Of a stretch of 64,000 nt of DNA, positions 59,901-64,000 are shown one piece after another. The stretch lies in the NCBI GenBank assembly GCA_000146045.2, contig BK006944.2, positions 192,001-256,000 on the forward strand, in the 5' to 3' direction. A program made the position numbers and the translations under genes. The notes beneath the pieces were generated by a model. That model made no database searches. It was not told where the DNA came from and was given only the letters and a program-made list of their open reading frames with translations. How positions within the stretch are numbered: the stretch's first letter is position 1; each line of letters opens with the position of its first letter. This DNA is from TPA_inf: Saccharomyces (lineage: Eukaryota).

Positions 59901-61476
59901 AAATCTTAGCCAGATACTCGCTGATGACGGTGATGATAAGCATCTAAGTGTGCCACAGAACCAATCTAGAAGTGTAGCCATGTCACACCCTTTGCGAAAA
60001 CAATCTGCCAAAATATCTCTAACTCCACGGTCTAATTTGAACGCCAATTTATCCGTTAAACGTAATCAGGGCTCACCTGGCTCCTATTTGAGTAATGATC
60101 TGGATGGAATCTCTGATATGACATTTGCGATGGAAATACCAACAAACACCTTTACCGCTCAGGCGATTCAACTGATGAACAACGACACGGACAATAATAA
60201 AATCAATACTTCGCCCAAAGCATCTTCTTTTACAAAAGAAAAAGTAATCAAATCGGCAGCCTATATCTCGAAGGAAAAAGAACCAGATAATAGCGATACT
60301 AATTATATTCCAGATTATACTATACCAAACACATATGATGAAAAAGCCATTAATATTTTTGAAGATGCGCCCTCCGATGAGGGTTCATTAAATACATCTT
60401 CTTCAGAAAGCGATTCACGAGCAAGTGTGCATAGGAAAGCGGTATCTATTGACACTATGGCGACAACAAACGTTCTTACTCCCGCGACAAATGTTAGAGT
60501 AAGTCTTTATTGGAATAATAACAGTTCTGGTATACCCAGAGAGACTACTGAAGAGATACTTTCTAAACTTAGATTGTCACCAGAAAATCCTTCTAATACA
60601 CATATGCAAAAGAGGTTTTCTTCCACGCGTGGTAGTCGTGATAGTAATGCATTAGGCATTTCTCAAAGTTTACAGTCAATGTTCAAAGATTTGGAGGAAG
60701 ATCAAGATGGGCATACTTCTCAAGCTGATATTCTTGAATCAAGTATGAGCTATTCAAAGCGAAGACCATCTGAGGAAAGCGTTAATCCAAAACAACGAGT
60801 GACAATGCTTTTCGATGAGGAGGAGGAAGAATCTAAAAAAGTAGGTGGGGGAAAAATTAAAGAAGAGCATACCAAGCTAGACAATAAAATATCCGAGGAA
60901 TCTTCTCAACTTGTGTTGCCGGTGGTTGAAAAAAAGGAAAATGCAAATAATACAGAAAATAACTACTCTAAAATACCAAAACCCTCAACGATTAAAGTTA
61001 CGAAGGATACCGCTATGGAATCAAATACACAAACCCATACAAAAAAGCCAATTCTAAAAAGTGTCCAAAATGTTGAAGTTGAAGAAGCGCCTTCCAGTGA
61101 TAAAAAGAATTGGTTCGTCAAACTATTTCAAAACTTTTCTTCTCATAATAATGCTACTAAGGCATCCAAGAATCATGTAACGAATATATCATTTGATGAT
61201 GCGCATATGCTAACATTAAATGAATTCAACAAGAATAGTATCGACTATCAATTAAAGAACCTAGATCACAAATTTGGGAGAAAGGTGGTGGAATACGATT
61301 GTAAATTTGTAAAAGGCAACTTCAAATTCAAAATCAAGATTACTAGCACACCCAATGCATCTACGGTAATTACTGTAAAAAAAAGAAGCAAACATTCAAA
61401 CACAAGTTCCAATAAAGCCTTTGAAAAGTTTAATGATGATGTGGAGAGAGTAATTCGAAATGCCGGACGTTCATAA
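56920..61476 (+). CDS. HSL1: Nim1-related septin-checkpoint Ser/Thr kinase, 1518 aa.
   Basis: ATG at 56920. Kinase motifs GKGSSGRV, HRDLKPENLLLD, DFGMA, GSPHYASPE. Long S/N-rich tail. Confidence 0.93.
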   Translation: MTGHVSKTSHVPKGRPSSLAKKAAKRAMAKVNSNPKRASGHLERVVQSVNDATKRLSQPDSTVSVATKSSKRKSRDTVGPWKLGKTLGKGSSGRVRLAKNMETGQLAAIKIVPKKKAFVHCSNNGTVPNSYSSSMVTSNVSSPSIASREHSNHSQTNPYGIEREIVIMKLISHTNVMALFEVWENKSELYLVLEYVDGGELFDYLVSKGKLPEREAIHYFKQIVEGVSYCHSFNICHRDLKPENLLLDKKNRRIKIADFGMAALELPNKLLKTSCGSPHYASPEIVMGRPYHGGPSDVWSCGIVLFALLTGHLPFNDDNIKKLLLKVQSGKYQMPSNLSSEARDLISKILVIDPEKRITTQEILKHPLIKKYDDLPVNKVLRKMRKDNMARGKSNSDLHLLNNVSPSIVTLHSKGEIDESILRSLQILWHGVSRELITAKLLQKPMSEEKLFYSLLLQYKQRHSISLSSSSENKKSATESSVNEPRIEYASKTANNTGLRSENNDVKTLHSLEIHSEDTSTVNQNNAITGVNTEINAPVLAQKSQFSINTLSQPESDKAEAEAVTLPPAIPIFNASSSRIFRNSYTSISSRSRRSLRLSNSRLSLSASTSRETVHDNEMPLPQLPKSPSRYSLSRRAIHASPSTKSIHKSLSRKNIAATVAARRTLQNSASKRSLYSLQSISKRSLNLNDLLVFDDPLPSKKPASENVNKSEPHSLESDSDFEILCDQILFGNALDRILEEEEDNEKERDTQRQRQNDTKSSADTFTISGVSTNKENEGPEYPTKIEKNQFNMSYKPSENMSGLSSFPIFEKENTLSSSYLEEQKPKRAALSDITNSFNKMNKQEGMRIEKKIQREQLQKKNDRPSPLKPIQHQELRVNSLPNDQGKPSLSLDPRRNISQPVNSKVESLLQGLKFKKEPASHWTHERGSLFMSEHVEDEKPVKASDVSIESSYVPLTTVATSSRDPSVLAESSTIQKPMLSLPSSFLNTSMTFKNLSQILADDGDDKHLSVPQNQSRSVAMSHPLRKQSAKISLTPRSNLNANLSVKRNQGSPGSYLSNDLDGISDMTFAMEIPTNTFTAQAIQLMNNDTDNNKINTSPKASSFTKEKVIKSAAYISKEKEPDNSDTNYIPDYTIPNTYDEKAINIFEDAPSDEGSLNTSSSESDSRASVHRKAVSIDTMATTNVLTPATNVRVSLYWNNNSSGIPRETTEEILSKLRLSPENPSNTHMQKRFSSTRGSRDSNALGISQSLQSMFKDLEEDQDGHTSQADILESSMSYSKRRPSEESVNPKQRVTMLFDEEEEESKKVGGGKIKEEHTKLDNKISEESSQLVLPVVEKKENANNTENNYSKIPKPSTIKVTKDTAMESNTQTHTKKPILKSVQNVEVEEAPSSDKKNWFVKLFQNFSSHNNATKASKNHVTNISFDDAHMLTLNEFNKNSIDYQLKNLDHKFGRKVVEYDCKFVKGNFKFKIKITSTPNASTVITVKKRSKHSNTSSNKAFEKFNDDVERVIRNAGRS

Positions 61477-61696
61477 ATTCTATATAGATGTTATATAATT
61501 ATACAACAATAATTTGAAAAATTTAACGTACGAGAACCGAATGGACAGGCGTGAGAAAACATAGTTTAAAAGAACATTAATAAATGGAGAGACATGAGAC
61601 ACGAAGGAAAGAAAGAGGGTTTTACAAACATTGTCCTAGATTAGAAGATAAATACAACCCTGGAGGGGTAAAAAGAGCTGTCGTTTCTTTTGGAGC

Positions 61697-63460
61697 TCAA
61701 GAAGATTCGTCATCCAAGAGATCTTCTTCAGAAAGCTCTTCCTCAGAGCTGTCACTGAGATCTTCCTCTTGCACGAATTCTTCATCATCGTCAAAATTTT
61801 CGTTTACATCATCACCAAGCAAGGCATACTTGTCGGCATCATTATAGTATTCTGATAGGATGAAGGTCGAATAAGTTATAGAGTTCTCCTTTTTTTCTAT
61901 CGCTTTTTTTAAACTTTTATCCACTTCAATCGTATCATACTGAAAATTCCAAAACTGCTTAAAATCCTTGTTCCAGCAAGCTACCAAAATAGTACTAATC
62001 AACAAGGAAGGAACAATGTATAATAAAGCCGGTTGAGCAGTATTGAAAATGGACAAGGAGACCATGGCAGATACCAAAGAAGCAACGTAACTAACCATAG
62101 CAGTAATAAAATATTTTCCAACGTATGACCAGTTCAAAAAGTGGAATTCAGTGTCATCATGATCAAGGTGCCACTTCCAGATGTCATATTTGTAGCACAT
62201 CGCAATAAACATACCAGGCAAGGCAATATCACCCAGACCAAGTATTGAAAAATTGAAGTTGTTTTGAGCTGTATTAAACTTGACTGGTAAGCTTAGTTTT
62301 ACGGGAATATCAAGGTTAGTAGCTACTGTAACCATTACATCGGTACCAAAGACAAAGCAAATGTCGTAAAAAAATAGAGCAATTAGGATTAGGGCCCCTG
62401 ATTTTAAATTCTTCAATTTTAATTGAGCAATGGACCAAATAGCCATATTCATACTGACAGCATTGGATATTAACCAATCATTGGGTGATAAATAGAAATA
62501 TACGGTAGAAACGATGGACAGAACGAACGAAACAATTAATGCGCTATTCAAATACATGTTGCTGATCTGCCTCTTCGATTTAATATCCTTCGGTTCAACT
62601 AATTCTCTTCTGTAAAAATGCTTCATCCAATGATCTTTTTCAATCTCATCCAATGTTTTCTTGTGAACAACTGAGTTGGTCAATCCATCTTTGTAATTCA
62701 AATTGGTAACAAACCCGCCTATCTTGTTCAGGTCTTCGTTATCATCAGCTATTGTTACACGATACCTTGGTAAAACAACCAGGGGATTCCAAGAAGCTAA
62801 ATGTGATAGGTTTCTGAAAAGTGAGTTGAGAAAGTAGGAGTAGACAAATGTGCCAGCTGGGATATTTAGCAGTGTTATATTAAAATTCAAAATTTTCACC
62901 ACATATTTTAGCCAGTTTAGGTGTAGTTTCTTGATCACAAAATAGAGAGCGAGTAAAGTACAGCCACTAGTTAAGGGCAGTATAATCGCATGTTTTTCAT
63001 CCATCATATCGAAAAACCTCTTGCTTTTCTTCTTTTTCTTTTTATCTTCGTCATTCTCGCGGTAGATAACATGACAGTCGTGGTCCACATCAAAATCTGT
63101 AGGATCAAACAATGAGTGTTCTCTCGTAGGAGGTAGAGCTGTAAATGGAATAGAAGAAATAGACGTAAATGAGCCAATAACGACCAAAGCACTTGCGATG
63201 AGAACTAAAGTGGCGTAGTTGAATACTAAAGAATGGCTTTCCACCAAGTGTGTAATCTTGTGAGCAACGCGATATGATATCTTATCAAAGGCAGTGGTTA
63301 ATTTGTTATTGTGGTTTTCAACTATAGCATTGATCTGTTCAAAAACTTGTTCTAATTCCTTGTTCGACGCACTTTGGTTAGCGCTTGATGAATTGTTCCT
63401 AAAGGCACGAGATGACCACTCTGAAAGGTGGTCAACAAATGAATTCAAATACTTGTCCAT
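61697..63460 (-). CDS. YPF1: Signal-peptide-peptidase-type intramembrane aspartyl protease, 587 aa.
   Basis: ATG confirmed (CAT 63458..63460). Catalytic YD (FFYDICF) and LGLGD (ILGLGDIALPG) motifs, PAL motif (QPALLYIVP). Acidic C-terminus. Confidence 0.85.
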   Translation of the reverse strand: MDKYLNSFVDHLSEWSSRAFRNNSSSANQSASNKELEQVFEQINAIVENHNNKLTTAFDKISYRVAHKITHLVESHSLVFNYATLVLIASALVVIGSFTSISSIPFTALPPTREHSLFDPTDFDVDHDCHVIYRENDEDKKKKKKSKRFFDMMDEKHAIILPLTSGCTLLALYFVIKKLHLNWLKYVVKILNFNITLLNIPAGTFVYSYFLNSLFRNLSHLASWNPLVVLPRYRVTIADDNEDLNKIGGFVTNLNYKDGLTNSVVHKKTLDEIEKDHWMKHFYRRELVEPKDIKSKRQISNMYLNSALIVSFVLSIVSTVYFYLSPNDWLISNAVSMNMAIWSIAQLKLKNLKSGALILIALFFYDICFVFGTDVMVTVATNLDIPVKLSLPVKFNTAQNNFNFSILGLGDIALPGMFIAMCYKYDIWKWHLDHDDTEFHFLNWSYVGKYFITAMVSYVASLVSAMVSLSIFNTAQPALLYIVPSLLISTILVACWNKDFKQFWNFQYDTIEVDKSLKKAIEKKENSITYSTFILSEYYNDADKYALLGDDVNENFDDDEEFVQEEDLSDSSEEELSEEDLLDDESS

Positions 63461-63719
63461 CGTGTATGAGTTTGTTCCCCATTATAGATCTGTAGTATTG
63501 CTCAAAAAGGGAGCACTTTACAAATCTTGTCCTAAATACTCCCATTCGGAGAGGGGTTCTTTTTTTTCCGGTGCCTCAAAATCCTTTTTTTTTTGATGGC
63601 GCAAAAGACACTTAAGAAAAGTGAATACTTTTTATAAACGTAATCCTATAAAACATGAAAAGAAGGATTACGGAACGTCTGCCTGATTCACTTATATATA
63701 CTATATAGATGGTAAAAAT

Positions 63720-64000
63720 CTAACGTTTCCGTTGTTTCTTCCATTTAAATGAAATTTTTCCTGAAGAGTCTACGATTTTTTTCTTGGAACCCTTCTTCAA
63801 CAATTCTCTTTGAGCATCCATTCTTTGTTGGACCTGTTTCAATTGAGTTTCCCTCTGTAAGTGCTGCTTGACTTGCTTGAACTTTTTCAATTTCTTTTTG
63901 TCTAATGATTCCTTTGGCATTATTGATGAAGCGTTCCTATTGTTTGAAATATCTTGGGCTAATTGGTCCTTAGTTAATCTATTTTCAGATCTATTCACCA
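63720..64000 (-). CDS. UTP11: C-terminal part of SSU-processome protein Utp11. N-terminus lies beyond the window end.
   Basis: Stop at 63720. Stop-free frame to the window edge. The track's apparent start at 63998 is a GTG. Basic K/R/Q-rich C-terminus ...FKWKKQRKR. Confidence 0.7.
   Translation of the reverse strand, partial: VNRSENRLTKDQLAQDISNNRNASSIMPKESLDKKKLKKFKQVKQHLQRETQLKQVQQRMDAQRELLKKGSKKKIVDSSGKISFKWKKQRKR

Overview
This 64 kb window reads as ordinary, gene-dense Saccharomyces cerevisiae nuclear DNA. It is AT-rich with compact intergenic regions, and no spliceosomal introns are evident. Two RNA polymerase III tRNA genes each have Ty LTR relics just upstream. By protein recognition it matches a contiguous chromosome XI left-arm interval. 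In order: the 5' part of YKL133C, RMA1, SHE2, MYO3, PMU1, tRNA-Lys(CUU), PGM1, YPK1, RRN3, SSH4, SRP21, DGR2, OAC1, VPH2, tRNA-Ala(AGC), SBA1, PRR1, APN1, RAD27, ABF1, KTI12, HAP4, SLD2, YKL107W, AAT1, SEG2, GFA1, APE1/LAP4, HSL1, YPF1, and the 3' part of UTP11. Gene lengths and spacing are consistent with what I recall of the reference arrangement. I see no inserted foreign block, no transposon body, and nothing resembling a novel multi-gene system. The supplied ORF track labels non-ATG codons (TTG/GTG) as M. I therefore trimmed eight genes to their first ATG, and the trimmed lengths then match the known protein sizes. Features worth a second look are all non-coding or repeat-level. There is a Ty LTR cluster upstream of tRNA-Lys, including an intact 340-bp sigma with a perfect 5-bp target-site duplication 15 bp from the tRNA. 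There is a diverged delta LTR upstream of tRNA-Ala. An unusually GC-rich island of about 400 bp sits in the long HAP4 upstream region. Three regularly spaced SCB-like TTTTCGCG elements lie upstream of HSL1, and MCB (ACGCGT) boxes lie upstream of RAD27 and SLD2. ABF1 carries an Abf1 consensus site in its own promoter. SBA1 contains a 54-bp in-frame tandem duplication, and SEG2 contains an acidic coding minisatellite.
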